In this document: piece by piece, positions 1-9,933 of the stretch
Layout: every line of letters begins with the position of its first letter
Numbering within the stretch: the stretch's first letter is position 1
NCBI GenBank assembly: GCA_049612785.1
Contig: JBMZBW010000003.1
Coordinates: forward strand, 1 to 59,661
DNA from: Alphaproteobacteria bacterium
GTDB taxonomy: Bacteria; Pseudomonadota; Alphaproteobacteria; UBA7985
DNA: 59,661 nucleotides
Reading direction: 5' to 3'
The notes under the pieces: model-generated
Told to the model about the DNA's origin: nothing
Seen by the model: only the letters and a program-made list of their open reading frames with translations
Databases searched by the model: none
Position numbers and translations under genes: made by a program

Positions 1-1
1 G

Positions 2-316
2 GACTTACGCGCCCGCAAGGCCGTGCAGTTCATCACGCGAGAAGCGCTGGTGGGCATGTTCAACGGCGTCGGCTTTGCCGTGATCGCCTTTGTTTTCTCA
101 GCGCTGTGGTTCCAGGACCTGATGCTGGGCGTGGTGATTGGTTTTGCCATGCTGGTGAACCTGATCGTCGCCGGGATCTCCGGCACGCTGGTTCCGATTG
201 TCCTTGATCGCCTGAAGGTCGACCCTGCCAACGCCTCGGCGGTGTTCCTGACCACCATCACTGACGTGGTTGGTTTCTTTGTGTTCCTCGGCTTGGCCGC
301 AGCTTTCCTCGTCTAA
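2..316 (+). CDS. mgtE: Magnesium transporter MgtE, C-terminal membrane part (5' truncated by window edge)
   Basis: Hydrophobic helices and the MgtE signature 'DPANASAVFLTTITDVVGFF' (DPA...TT.TD). Confidence 0.9.
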   Translation, partial: DLRARKAVQFITREALVGMFNGVGFAVIAFVFSALWFQDLMLGVVIGFAMLVNLIVAGISGTLVPIVLDRLKVDPANASAVFLTTITDVVGFFVFLGLAAAFLV

Positions 317-327
317 ACAAGCCCAAG

Positions 328-362
328 AAAAAAGGGGAGCCGTGCTGTAGCACCGCTCCCCC
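328..362 (-). terminator. Intrinsic terminator downstream of nrdJ (convergent with mgtE)
   Basis: Stem GGGGAGC.GTGCT/AGCAC.GCTCCCC with an A6 run at 328-333, giving a U-tail on the minus strand. Confidence 0.8.
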
Positions 363-391
363 GTTTATCATTTTCGAACAGTGTCCGGCGC

Positions 392-3300
392 TTAGCTACA
401 GCCCGTCGTCGAACCACAAGTTACGCACTTGAGGCACGTTCCGTTCCGGACAAGCGTGAAGTTTCCACAAGAGTCACAAGCGTCACCCGTGTAGCCCTTC
501 ATCCGCGCTTCTTCCATGTTCCGCATCTTGTCGTCAGCGGCATCAACGGCACCGCCGCTCATGCTGAACCGCTCTGACTCGCCTGCTGCGAGTTGTACAG
601 GGGCGTCGCTGGATGGGATTTCGAAAGACGTGGTACCGGAGGCGTCGTCGTACAACGCCGTTACAACGGTCGTTTCACCGCCAACGGTGGAGCCAGTGGA
701 CCCTTCCTTTTTACCGCCTGTGACAACAACAAGTTGGTTCTTCACCTCTTTCTTGCCGCCGCGCAGATAACCGGAAGACGCGAAGTCCAGCGCCATCTGC
801 AGCGCGTCATCGCCTTCCTCTTCGCCTGACATCGCAGATTCCTGGTCACCCCGACCCAACGTGTCGGTCCGCAGATCAGCAGGCTCAACGTGCGCCAGAT
901 CATTTCGGCCCAGATATGACACTGCCAGTTCACGGAAGATGTAATCCAGCGTGGATGTCGCCATCTTGATGACGTCATTCCCTTCAACCATGCCGTTTGG
1001 CTCAAAACGGGTGAAGGTGAAGCTATCCACGTATTCCTCTAGCGGAACGCCATACTGCAGACCCAGAGAGACCGCGATAGCGAAGTTGTTCATCATGGAC
1101 CGGAAAGCTGCGCCTTCCTTATGCATATCCACGAAAATCTCGCCCAAGGAGCCGTCTTCGAATTCGCCTGTCCGCAAGTACAGCTTGTGCCCGCCAACAA
1201 TGGCCTTCTGCGTGTAGCCTTTACGACGATTTGGCAGGCGCTTGCGCTCCAGCGTGCGTTCGACCACACGCTCGATGATACGCTCGGCAACGACTTCTGC
1301 CTGCTGAACAGGGTTAGCCTGCGCCAACGCTTCTGCTGCTTCGCGCGCTTCATCCTCGTCCGCATCCACATCGACCAGAAGCGCTGAGCTCAACGGCTGG
1401 GACAACTTGGACCCGTCGCGGTACAGCGCATTTGCTTTGATGCCCAGCTTCCAGGACAGCATGTACGCGTTCTTGACCTCATCAACCGTTGCCGTGTTTG
1501 GCATGTTGATCGTCTTGGAAATCGCTCCGGAAATGAACGGCTGAGATGCTGCCATCATGCGGATGTGCGAGTCGGTGGACAGCTCACGCGTGCCCTTGGC
1601 GCCGCAGCGGTTGGCACAGTCGAACACCTTCATGTGTTCGGCCTTCAGGTGCGGCGCGCCTTCGACGGTCATGGTACCGCAGATGTGCTCATTGGCTGCT
1701 TCGATTTCTTCAGCTGTGAAGCCCATGCCCGCGAGCATGTCGAAGGTGTAATCACCCAATTGGTCGTCGGTGAACCCCAAAACAGTGCGACAGAAATCAT
1801 CGCCCAGGCTGAAACGGTTGAACGCGAATTTCAGCTGGAATGCGGTGCCGAGCGACGTCTCAATCGCCTGCAGCTTCTCTTCATCAAAGCCTTTGGCCTT
1901 CAGCGTTTCGCGGTTGATGCCGGGCGCATTAGAAAGCGAACCGGTTCCCACCGCGTAGGCGATGATGTCATCGATCTGATCTTCCGAATAACCGAGGTTT
2001 TCCAGAGCCAGAGGGACCGTCTGGTTGATGATTTTGAAATAACCGCCACCGGCCAGCTTCTTGAACTTTACCAGCGCAAAGTCAGGCTCGATCCCGGTGG
2101 TGTCACAGTCCATCACCAGACCGATGGTACCCGTCGGCGCAACGACAGTCGTCTGCGCATTGCGGAAACCATGCTTCTCACCACCGGCCAACGCACGGTC
2201 CCACGCTGCTTTTGAGGCATCAATCAGCGACGGCACGGGGCAATCGTTGGAAACGAGTGGCACCGGCAGGATGGTCAGCGCCTCATAACCTTCCGTCTCG
2301 CCATAGGCAGCGCGGCGGTGGTTGCGGATGACGCGGAGCATCGATTCTGCGTTCTTGGCATAACCGGGGAAAGCACCACGCTCGGAAGCGATTTCTGCCG
2401 ACGTTTCGTAAGAAATACCGGTCATCAGTGCCGACAGACCGCCACAGATCGCGCGGCCTTCATCGGAATCGTAACCAAGCCCCATGGACATCAGGAGAGC
2501 ACCGATGTTTGCAAAGCCCAGACCCAGCGTACGGTACTCGTAAGACAGCTTCGCAATTTCCTTGGATGGGAACTGCGCCATCAGAACCGATGTTTCCAAG
2601 GTCAGCGTCCAGAGGCGACAAGCGTGCTCGTAGCCTTCGATATCCAATGAACCCGTTGTTTCACCAGCGAATTTCATCAGGTTGAGCGATGCGAGGTTAC
2701 AGGCCGTGTCGTCGAGGAACATGTACTCGGAACAGGGGTTGGACGCGTTGATGCGGCCTGACTCGGGGCATGTATGCCACTCGTTGATGGTGCTGTCGTA
2801 CTGCAGACCCGGATCAGCACAGGCCCAGGCTGCAAAGGAAATCTGATCCCAGAGATCAGCCGCCTCGACGGTCTTCATGACCTTGCCCGTCGTACGAGCC
2901 TTCAGCTCCCAGTTTTCGCCGCGCTCGACTTTGCCCAGGAACTCATTGGTCACCCGGACCGAGTTATTCGAGTTCTGACCAGCGACGGTCAGGTAAGCGT
3001 CGCTATCCCAGTCGGTGTTGTACGTTGGGATCTCAATTTCCGTGAAACCCTGACGCGCCATTTCAATCACGCGGTAAATGTAGTTGTCAGGCACCAAGGC
3101 ACGACGCGCTTCACGAATAGCCTGCTTCAGCTCAGGGTTCGACTTGGGATCGAGTGGTTCATCGGCCAAACCGTTCTGACACGCAGCCATGATGGCCTTC
3201 ATGTTCTTGTTCAGGTTTTTGGAACCGGCAACCAAGCTCGCAACTTTTTGCTCTTCGATCCATTTCCAGCTGATGTAGTTCTCGATGTCCGGGTGATCTG

Positions 3301-4153
3301 CATCGACCGTGACCATCTTCGCCGCGCGGCGGGTCGTACCGCCAGACTTGATTGCGCCGGCAGCCCGGTCACCAATCCGCAGGAAGGACATAAGGCCGGA
3401 GGACTTGCCGCCCCCGCCCAGCGACTCCCCTTCACCGCGCAAAGCCGAGAAGTTGGAGCCGGTGCCAGAACCATATTTGAAAAGACGCGCTTCACGCACC
3501 CACAGATCCATGATGCCGCCATCGTTTACGAGATCATCAGCGACCGACTGGATAAAGCAGGCGTGCGGCTGCGGATGCTCGTAAGCCGTTTTGGATTTGG
3601 TTAGGCGTCCGGTTTCATAGTCGACGTAGTAATGACCCTGGCTCGGCCCATCGATACCATAGGCCCAGTGCAAGCCCGTGTTGAACCACTGCGGTGAGTT
3701 CGGCGCCGCCATTTGCGTCGCCAGCATGTAGCGCATTTCGTCGAAGTAGGCTTGAGCGTCGTCTTCAGAATCAAAGTAACCGCCCTTCCATGCCCAGTAC
3801 GCCCAAGTCCCGGCCAAGCGGTCGAAAACCTGACGGGCATCCGTTTCACCGACGTAGCGCTCTTCCTCCGGCAATTCTGCCAGCGCTTCTTCGTCAGCAA
3901 CAGAGCGCCAAAGGAAAGACGGAACACTGCTTTCCTCAACGCGCTTCAGGCGCGCAGGGACACCGGCCTTGCGGAAGTACTTCTGTGCGAGGATGTCGCT
4001 TGCGACTTGGCTGAAGCCTTCGGGAACTGAAATATCGGGTGCCGAAAATACCAGCGAACCATCTGGGTTCCGAATTTCCGACGATGTCTGCCGGAACTGA
4101 AGACTGCCGTAGGCTGATTTTGTATCAGCCGTGAAGCGACGTTCTATACGCAT
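392..4153 (-). CDS. nrdJ: Vitamin B12-dependent (class II) ribonucleotide reductase with TSCPD domain and C-terminal Zn ribbon
   Basis: Start moved to MRIERRFT (ATG 4153), purine-rich RBS upstream; [33 protein letters not shown] motifs; C-terminal CDSC...[14 protein letters not shown]. Confidence 0.96.
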   Translation of the reverse strand: MRIERRFTADTKSAYGSLQFRQTSSEIRNPDGSLVFSAPDISVPEGFSQVASDILAQKYFRKAGVPARLKRVEESSVPSFLWRSVADEEALAELPEEERYVGETDARQVFDRLAGTWAYWAWKGGYFDSEDDAQAYFDEMRYMLATQMAAPNSPQWFNTGLHWAYGIDGPSQGHYYVDYETGRLTKSKTAYEHPQPHACFIQSVADDLVNDGGIMDLWVREARLFKYGSGTGSNFSALRGEGESLGGGGKSSGLMSFLRIGDRAAGAIKSGGTTRRAAKMVTVDADHPDIENYISWKWIEEQKVASLVAGSKNLNKNMKAIMAACQNGLADEPLDPKSNPELKQAIREARRALVPDNYIYRVIEMARQGFTEIEIPTYNTDWDSDAYLTVAGQNSNNSVRVTNEFLGKVERGENWELKARTTGKVMKTVEAADLWDQISFAAWACADPGLQYDSTINEWHTCPESGRINASNPCSEYMFLDDTACNLASLNLMKFAGETTGSLDIEGYEHACRLWTLTLETSVLMAQFPSKEIAKLSYEYRTLGLGFANIGALLMSMGLGYDSDEGRAICGGLSALMTGISYETSAEIASERGAFPGYAKNAESMLRVIRNHRRAAYGETEGYEALTILPVPLVSNDCPVPSLIDASKAAWDRALAGGEKHGFRNAQTTVVAPTGTIGLVMDCDTTGIEPDFALVKFKKLAGGGYFKIINQTVPLALENLGYSEDQIDDIIAYAVGTGSLSNAPGINRETLKAKGFDEEKLQAIETSLGTAFQLKFAFNRFSLGDDFCRTVLGFTDDQLGDYTFDMLAGMGFTAEEIEAANEHICGTMTVEGAPHLKAEHMKVFDCANRCGAKGTRELSTDSHIRMMAASQPFISGAISKTINMPNTATVDEVKNAYMLSWKLGIKANALYRDGSKLSQPLSSALLVDVDADEDEAREAAEALAQANPVQQAEVVAERIIERVVERTLERKRLPNRRKGYTQKAIVGGHKLYLRTGEFEDGSLGEIFVDMHKEGAAFRSMMNNFAIAVSLGLQYGVPLEEYVDSFTFTRFEPNGMVEGNDVIKMATSTLDYIFRELAVSYLGRNDLAHVEPADLRTDTLGRGDQESAMSGEEEGDDALQMALDFASSGYLRGGKKEVKNQLVVVTGGKKEGSTGSTVGGETTVVTALYDDASGTTSFEIPSSDAPVQLAAGESERFSMSGGAVDAADDKMRNMEEARMKGYTGDACDSCGNFTLVRNGTCLKCVTCGSTTGCS

Positions 4154-4514
4154 TGGTAACCCAACCCCTTTTATTGTTATTGAGCGAAGAGCCACCCCAA
4201 ATTGCAGCTCCTCACCTTGAGCGCCGATCAACCCCGCCGATCTATGCTCAATAAAATTCTCAGCGTTCCACCACCGTACCGACGAAAAATCGGCATCAGC
4301 TGCGTCAACGCACTCTTCAGTTTTCCCGCCTGCCACCCTTGCGAGTGATGCATCTGTCTCTTTGGCCGATTCAGACTTCAGACAGGACGCGGCTTATGCG
4401 GTTTCAAGGCGCGCTCGTCTAGCGCTAGAAAACGCTTGCCTAGGAGTTCTGCTCAGAATTGCGTGGAAAACTCCCACGCTCGGTGGACATCTCCATTGAT
4501 AAGCCCGCATTTCA

Positions 4515-4529
4515 GAACGAAACGAGAAC
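4515..4529. promoter_or_regulatory. Putative alphaproteobacterial LexA (SOS) box
   Basis: GAAC-GAAACGA-GAAC, an exact GAAC-N7-GAAC (GTTC-N7-GTTC on the nrdJ strand). Confidence 0.55.
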
Positions 4530-4621
4530 GAATTAAAGCATGCTTCTGGTCTTGTTTTCAAGACACGCCAAACCCCAACCGCACTAAACGCGCACTCTTC
4601 TTGTCTCATAATCCGCCCGGA

Positions 4622-4630
4622 TTATCCACA
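4622..4630 (+). promoter_or_regulatory. DnaA box
   Basis: Perfect TTATCCACA, 5 bp from the proximal NrdR box. Confidence 0.65.
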
Positions 4631-4635
4631 GCAAA

Positions 4636-4682
4636 AATCAACATTTGGGTCTAAAATCACAACTAAACACTACATGTTGTGT
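4636..4682. promoter_or_regulatory. Tandem NrdR boxes
   Basis: aatCaAcATtTgGgtc (4636-4651) and acaCtAcATgTtGtgt (4667-4682) fit the acaCwAtATaTwGtgt consensus, starts 31 bp apart, upstream of a ribonucleotide reductase. Confidence 0.8.
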
Positions 4683-4899
4683 TTTGATCACTCTGCATTA
4701 TGCGTATTAGGGGGTTGTTTTCATTTGCATTATGTGAATTCGCCGAGTCACCTTTTACAGATGTTTCAAAGTGACGCACACAATTTAGCCTTAGAATTTC
4801 CTACATTATGCGAACGGTTGAAGGGTCTGGCTTTTTTGCTCCTTGAGGACTAAATTCCCCTCAAAATTCACCTCTTTAACTTCGACTCGGGAATCGCAA

Positions 4900-5271
4900 A
4901 TGTCCTCCTTGGCAACGCGCCTTCACACCTTTTTTAACGGCACGCTGGTCGGCACCGACGCGGAAGGAAATCGCTACTATAAAGAGCGTCGTGGAAAGCC
5001 CATGGTCGGCTCCATGCTGCGCGAGCGTCGGTGGGTTATTTACAAGAACGAAAAAGAAGCCAGTCGGGTTCCACCAGAATGGCAGGGTTGGATGAACCAC
5101 ACGCTGGAAACGCCGCCGACCGAGCATGAGTTGAAGAAGTACGATTGGCAGAAAGAGCACCAACGCAACTTAACCGGCACGCCTGAGGCTTACGTTCCGC
5201 AAGGCGACATGCGTTCTAGGGAAGAGCGCGCTGCGTCGACGGGTGACTACGAAGCCTGGACACCGCGCTAG
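4900..5271 (+). CDS. NADH:ubiquinone oxidoreductase NDUFA12 (17.2 kDa) family subunit
   Basis: LVGTDAEGNRYY, RRWVIY, EASRVPPEWQGW, NLTGT, DYEAWTP; likely start ATG 4900. Confidence 0.9.
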   Translation: MSSLATRLHTFFNGTLVGTDAEGNRYYKERRGKPMVGSMLRERRWVIYKNEKEASRVPPEWQGWMNHTLETPPTEHELKKYDWQKEHQRNLTGTPEAYVPQGDMRSREERAASTGDYEAWTPR

Positions 5272-5295
5272 GGCGCGCCGCAGGGCCAAGCAACC

Positions 5296-5760
5296 ATGAA
5301 TCAGGCAAACCGCTCTCTTGAAATCATTCTCGGTGCCGTTGTTGTTTGCACCGCGATTTTCTTTGGCGGGATGCTGCTGAACGGCAGACCGGCCAGCGGT
5401 GGTGGTGATGGAATGGTCATCTATGCTGTGTTTGGTAATGCCGACGGTGTTGACCCCGGCTCTGCGGTGAAAATGTCCGGCGTACCGGTTGGGCGCGTTG
5501 TGCGCTCAACCCTTGAGCCCCCTTTTTACGACGCCATTGTCGAAATCCGCTTGAATCCTGATATCTCACTGCCTGATGACACGGCAGCCAAAATCAGCTT
5601 TGGCTCCCTACTCGGCGGTAATTTTATCGAACTGGTGCCCGGTGGCTCCCCGACGATGATGAGCGCTCAGCATTACATTGAAGACACCAGTGATGCTGTG
5701 AACCTTGTGGATCTCATAAGCCAGACTGTTTTCAGCGGCGGCAGTACCTCAGCGGAATAA
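5296..5760 (+). CDS. mlaD: MCE/MlaD family outer-membrane lipid asymmetry protein
   Basis: N-terminal TM helix; FGNADGVDPGSAVKMSGVPVGRV and SLLGGNFIELVPGG MCE motifs; follows NDUFA12 as usual in Alphaproteobacteria. Confidence 0.85.
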   Translation: MNQANRSLEIILGAVVVCTAIFFGGMLLNGRPASGGGDGMVIYAVFGNADGVDPGSAVKMSGVPVGRVVRSTLEPPFYDAIVEIRLNPDISLPDDTAAKISFGSLLGGNFIELVPGGSPTMMSAQHYIEDTSDAVNLVDLISQTVFSGGSTSAE

Positions 5761-5848
5761 GCAACCCACCTATCCGGTGTCTTCTATCTTGGTCTCATTT
5801 CCTCTAAATGCCTGATTCACTTACCGGCACCGCAAATGAGAGTTCTCC

Positions 5849-6586
5849 ATGCCCAAGCTGATTATCCCCGGACCTGAGGGTCGAATCGAAGCGCGCTATG
5901 AAGGCCACGCAGACGAAACAGCTCCACTCGCGCTGATCCTGCATCCACACCCCCAGCACAACGGCACCATGGACAACACGGTAACGTTCCTGATGTTCCA
6001 CACCTTCTTGAATGCAGGCTTCAACGTGCTGCGTTACAACTCTCGAGGTGTGGGAGCATCCGAAGGAGAATACGATCGCGGCGAAGGGGAGCTGTCCGAT
6101 GCAGCCACAGCGCTGGATTGGCTCCAGACTCATCGCCCGAATGCGCGTGGATGCTGGGTCGCTGGTTACGATTTCGGGGCTTGGATCGGTATGCAACTGC
6201 TGATGCGTCGCCCAGAGATCAACGCCTTTATCTCAGTTTCACCGCCAGCGAACCTGTACGACTTTACCTTCCTCGCACCCTGTCCGAACTCGGGTTTGTT
6301 TATTCAGGGCAATCAGGACGATTTCGTCCCGCAAGATCAGGTCTTCAAACTGGTCGAAAAACTGCGCGCTCAGCGAGGAATCGAGATCGACTACAACATC
6401 ATCGAGGGCGCAAACCACTTCTTTACCGGCAAGGAAAAAGAACTGGAGCAATCAATCCGCGCCTACATCGACGCAGCACCGCAGCTCCTGCCGCCTGAAG
6501 AAGACGATATCGTTGAAGACGAGATTGAAGAAGAAGAGGTCGAGTTGGACTTCGACGAAATCCTCGACGCGATGGACTCTGAGTAG
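5849..6586 (+). CDS. Alpha/beta-fold hydrolase (COG2945-like) with Asp at the nucleophile elbow and an acidic tail
   Basis: GPEGRIE, LHPHP, RYNSRGVGASEG, GYDFG elbow, QGNQDD, GANHFF. Confidence 0.85.
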   Translation: MPKLIIPGPEGRIEARYEGHADETAPLALILHPHPQHNGTMDNTVTFLMFHTFLNAGFNVLRYNSRGVGASEGEYDRGEGELSDAATALDWLQTHRPNARGCWVAGYDFGAWIGMQLLMRRPEINAFISVSPPANLYDFTFLAPCPNSGLFIQGNQDDFVPQDQVFKLVEKLRAQRGIEIDYNIIEGANHFFTGKEKELEQSIRAYIDAAPQLLPPEEDDIVEDEIEEEEVELDFDEILDAMDSE

Positions 6587-6639
6587 GTCACACCCTGCAC
6601 CCTGTTTCCTCCCCCAACACAGCGACTGAAAGCAAAACG

Positions 6640-7911
6640 ATGGCTACTGAAAACGCTCTGGCACAAGCAAAGTCTCCCTTCCTGAAAGAAGCCTTTGCTC
6701 GTGGGTATCTGCATCAGTGCACCGACGTTGAGGGGCTGGATGCGAAATTTGCTGCGGGTCCGGTGACCGCTTACATCGGCTACGATTGCACAGCCGACTC
6801 GCTGCATGTGGGGCATCTGATGAACATCATGATGCTGCGCCTGTTCCAGCGGACGGGGAACCGCCCGCTGACCCTGATGGGGGGTGGCACTACCAAAATT
6901 GGTGATCCGTCCGATAAGAACGAGGCGCGCCCGCTGCTGACCGATGAAATCATTGCGGCCAATATGGCGGGAATCCGCGGTATCTTTGCCAAGTTCCTGA
7001 GCTATGACGATTCAGCGACCGGCGCGATCATGGCCAACAATGCTGAATGGCTAGAGGGCCTGAAATACATCGATTTCCTGCGTGAGGTCGGTCGTCATTT
7101 CTCCGTCAACGCCATGACAAAAATGGATTTTGTTAAGCGCCGACTGGATAATGAACAGAACCTGTCCTTCCTCGAATTCAATTACATGATCATTCAAGGA
7201 TACGACTTCTTAGAGTTGTCGCGCCGGCACGATGTCGCGCTGCAAATGGGCGGTTCTGACCAATGGGGCAATATCGTCCAGGGGATCGAACTGGGTCGTA
7301 GAATTGATGGTTCAGAGCTGTTTGGGTTGACCGTCCCGCTGCTGGCCACTGCGTCCGGGCAGAAAATGGGAAAGTCAGCGGGTGGTGCCGTTTGGCTCAA
7401 TCAGGATCGTCTGAACGACTTCGACTACTACCAGTTCTGGCGCAACACCGAAGATGCGGACGTAGGCCGCTTCCTCAAGCTGTTTACCGAACTGCCAATC
7501 GAGCAGTGTGACGCTTTAGGCGCGGCGCAGGGCGCAGCCATCAACGAGGGCAAAAAGATCCTGGCTTACGAAACCACCGCCATGTGCCGGGGCAAGGAAG
7601 CCGCCGAAGCTGCGGCCAGTGCAGCAGCAACAACCTTTGGCAGCGGCGGCGTTTCCGCAGATTTGCCCAAGGTGCAGGCCGAAGCCGGCGCAATCGAGGC
7701 GGGCATGAGCATTCAGGACGCCTTTATCGCTGCCGGGCTTGCAAGCTCAAAGGGCGAGGTCAAACGCCTGATTAAGGGCGGTGGCGCGCGGCTCAATGGT
7801 GAAAAGATCGACAGTGATGAGCTGATGGTCACCGCCGCAGATGTTGACGCCGAAACGGGAGCGGTAAAGCTCTCTTCAGGCAAGAAAAAGCACGTTCTTC
7901 TGGTTGCCTGA
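6640..7911 (+). CDS. tyrS: Tyrosine--tRNA ligase
   Basis: YIGYDCTADSLHVGH (HIGH), QMGGSDQWGNI, KMGKS, C-terminal S4 domain. Confidence 0.97.
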   Translation: MATENALAQAKSPFLKEAFARGYLHQCTDVEGLDAKFAAGPVTAYIGYDCTADSLHVGHLMNIMMLRLFQRTGNRPLTLMGGGTTKIGDPSDKNEARPLLTDEIIAANMAGIRGIFAKFLSYDDSATGAIMANNAEWLEGLKYIDFLREVGRHFSVNAMTKMDFVKRRLDNEQNLSFLEFNYMIIQGYDFLELSRRHDVALQMGGSDQWGNIVQGIELGRRIDGSELFGLTVPLLATASGQKMGKSAGGAVWLNQDRLNDFDYYQFWRNTEDADVGRFLKLFTELPIEQCDALGAAQGAAINEGKKILAYETTAMCRGKEAAEAAASAAATTFGSGGVSADLPKVQAEAGAIEAGMSIQDAFIAAGLASSKGEVKRLIKGGGARLNGEKIDSDELMVTAADVDAETGAVKLSSGKKKHVLLVA

Positions 7912-7920
7912 GGCGTAAAG

Positions 7921-7945
7921 TCGTCCCCTCGTATCGAGGGGACGA
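7921..7945. terminator. Perfect 11-bp hairpin between convergent tyrS and pccA
   Basis: TCGTCCCCTCG-TAT-CGAGGGGACGA; poor U-tails. Confidence 0.6.
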
Positions 7946-7956
7946 AAGGTGAAACC

Positions 7957-9933
7957 TTACCCGAGCGTCAGAATAACCTCATCTCGCTTCAACGTGCCAC
8001 CAACAGTGGCTGGAATGGACTCCACCACGCCATCGACGGCGGCTGTGAGCAGGTTTTCCATCTTCATGGCCTCGACAACAGCGAGTGTTTCACCGGCCTT
8101 AACCTGCTGTCCCACACTGACCGACACGGCCTTGAGCAGCCCCGGCATCGGGGAAACGATGATCCGGCTGGTATCCAGAACCACCTTTTCCGGCATGTAG
8201 TGGTAAAGGTCAGCGACCTCGGCCCGCATGGGCGTGAGTGTGACCGCGCGCCCACCATGTGAAACCGTCCATGCGAGCGCCTGCTTGCGGGCCTGGAGCA
8301 CCAAAAGGCGACCTTCCAGCTCACAGGAGTACACCCGCTGCGCCGGCTGCCAATTCAGTACATCCGCACCGAATTCGGCTTCACCACCAGCACGTCCTTG
8401 CACGGAAACCGTCACACCGGTGTCGCTGTCTTCAAACCCGACACGGTAGATTTCGCGGTCGAGTAGCAGGGTGAAATGGCCTGAGTCATCTGGCAAATCC
8501 AACGCTTCGTTAATGCGCAAGACCTGCGCTGCCAACGCGACCAGCATTCCCTCATCATCGCCACCGGCAACATGCTCTTCGGTGAAACCCTCGGGAAACT
8601 CTTCGGCGATATAGTTGGTGGTCAGTCTTCCAGCCTGAAACCGCTCTGCCCCCAAAACCTGATTCACGAATGCAACGTTGTGATCGAGACCTTCGATCAC
8701 ATAGCCATCCAATGCCCCCATCAGGCGATCAACCGCTTCCTGCCGATCTTTGCCAAAGGCGATGACTTTCGCGATCATGGGGTCATAGTGCATGGAGATT
8801 TCGTCGCCTTCACGCACACCGGAATCGACCCTCACGCCTTCGCCTTCCGGCTCAGAGTACACAGACAATCGCCCGATAGACGGCAGAAATCCGCGCAGAG
8901 GGTCTTCGGCGTAAACCCGTGCCTCCAGCGCCCATCCCTCATGTTCAACCTGCGACTGGTTGAACGGCAGGCTTTCACCGGCGGCCACTCGGATCATCCA
9001 CTCCACCAGATCGATGTCATGGATCAGCTCGGTAACGGGGTGCTCAACCTGCAGACGCGTGTTCATTTCGAGGAAGAAGAAGTTCTTGTCCTGATCGGCA
9101 ATGAACTCGACTGTGCCGGCAGAGGAATAATTGACGGCACGTGCCAAAGCGACGGCCTGCTGCCCCATGGATTGACGGGTTTCTTCATCCAACAGGGGTG
9201 AGGGCGCTTCCTCAATCACCTTCTGGTGCCGGCGCTGAATTGAACATTCGCGCTCACCGAGGTGGACGATGTTGCCGTTCTGGTCAGCCAGAATTTGGAT
9301 TTCGATGTGGCGCGGATTAACGATGAACTTTTCAACAAAGATCCGGTCATCGCCAAAAGCGCCCTTGGCTTCTGCCCGTGCCGCTCGGAAACCCTCGGCA
9401 ACATCTTCGGCGGTTTCAGCGATCCGCATGCCCTTCCCACCGCCACCAGCAGAGGCCTTGATCATCACGGGAAAGCCAATCTCGGTCGCAATCTCGACGG
9501 CCTGTTCTGGCGTATCAATCTCACCAACATAACCGGGGACCGTTGAAACCCCCGCAAGCCCGGCAAGGCGCTTGGATTCGATCTTGTCGCCCATGGATTG
9601 AATAGCGCCGGTCGGTGGGCCGATCCAGACAAGGCCGGCGGCTTTCACGGCTTCGCAAAAGTCTGCGTTTTCGCTCAAAAAACCAAAACCTGGATGAATG
9701 GCTTTGGCACCCGTAGCGATAGCGGCATCAATAATGCGCTGACCTTGCAGGTAAGAGTCTGCCGAAGCAGCACCGCCAACGTGGACGGCTTCGTCAGCCA
9801 TTTGTACGTGCTTGGACCCGGCATCGGCGTCTGAATAAATGGCGACGGTGGCGATACCCATGTCTTTCGCGGTCTTCATGACGCGGCAGGCGATTTCCCC
9901 GCGATTGGCGATCAAGATTTTGTCGAATGGCAA
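7957..9933 (-). CDS. pccA: Acetyl/propionyl-CoA carboxylase alpha subunit (biotin carboxylase + biotinyl domain)
   Basis: FDKILIANRGEIA, GGGGKGMR, ECSIQRRHQK, EMNTRLQVEH, EAMKM biotin site; TTG start at 9933 after AAGGAGG; acyl-CoA specificity not certain. Confidence 0.85.
   Translation of the reverse strand: MPFDKILIANRGEIACRVMKTAKDMGIATVAIYSDADAGSKHVQMADEAVHVGGAASADSYLQGQRIIDAAIATGAKAIHPGFGFLSENADFCEAVKAAGLVWIGPPTGAIQSMGDKIESKRLAGLAGVSTVPGYVGEIDTPEQAVEIATEIGFPVMIKASAGGGGKGMRIAETAEDVAEGFRAARAEAKGAFGDDRIFVEKFIVNPRHIEIQILADQNGNIVHLGERECSIQRRHQKVIEEAPSPLLDEETRQSMGQQAVALARAVNYSSAGTVEFIADQDKNFFFLEMNTRLQVEHPVTELIHDIDLVEWMIRVAAGESLPFNQSQVEHEGWALEARVYAEDPLRGFLPSIGRLSVYSEPEGEGVRVDSGVREGDEISMHYDPMIAKVIAFGKDRQEAVDRLMGALDGYVIEGLDHNVAFVNQVLGAERFQAGRLTTNYIAEEFPEGFTEEHVAGGDDEGMLVALAAQVLRINEALDLPDDSGHFTLLLDREIYRVGFEDSDTGVTVSVQGRAGGEAEFGADVLNWQPAQRVYSCELEGRLLVLQARKQALAWTVSHGGRAVTLTPMRAEVADLYHYMPEKVVLDTSRIIVSPMPGLLKAVSVSVGQQVKAGETLAVVEAMKMENLLTAAVDGVVESIPATVGGTLKRDEVILTLG

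Noticed and set aside
392-4153. Intein or intron in nrdJ
   Set aside because: Continuous ORF of normal size, without splice-junction or homing endonuclease motifs
4154-4336. 61-aa N-terminal extension of NrdJ in the ORF track
   Set aside because: Recognisable NrdJ sequence begins at MRIERRFT, which has its own RBS; the extension resembles no ATP-cone and overlaps the hairpin-rich leader
4394-4654. Small ORFs (71 and 72 aa) in the nrdJ upstream region
   Set aside because: No motif or clear RBS, and they overlap regulatory sites; a leader peptide cannot be fully excluded
4154-4700. Cobalamin riboswitch upstream of the B12-dependent RNR
   Set aside because: No B12-box or conserved GGGAA/ACTG/AGACC core found on either strand
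4600-4840. Replication origin (DnaA box plus AT-rich DNA)
   Set aside because: Only one clear DnaA box and no oriC-type neighbours; better explained as the nrdJ promoter
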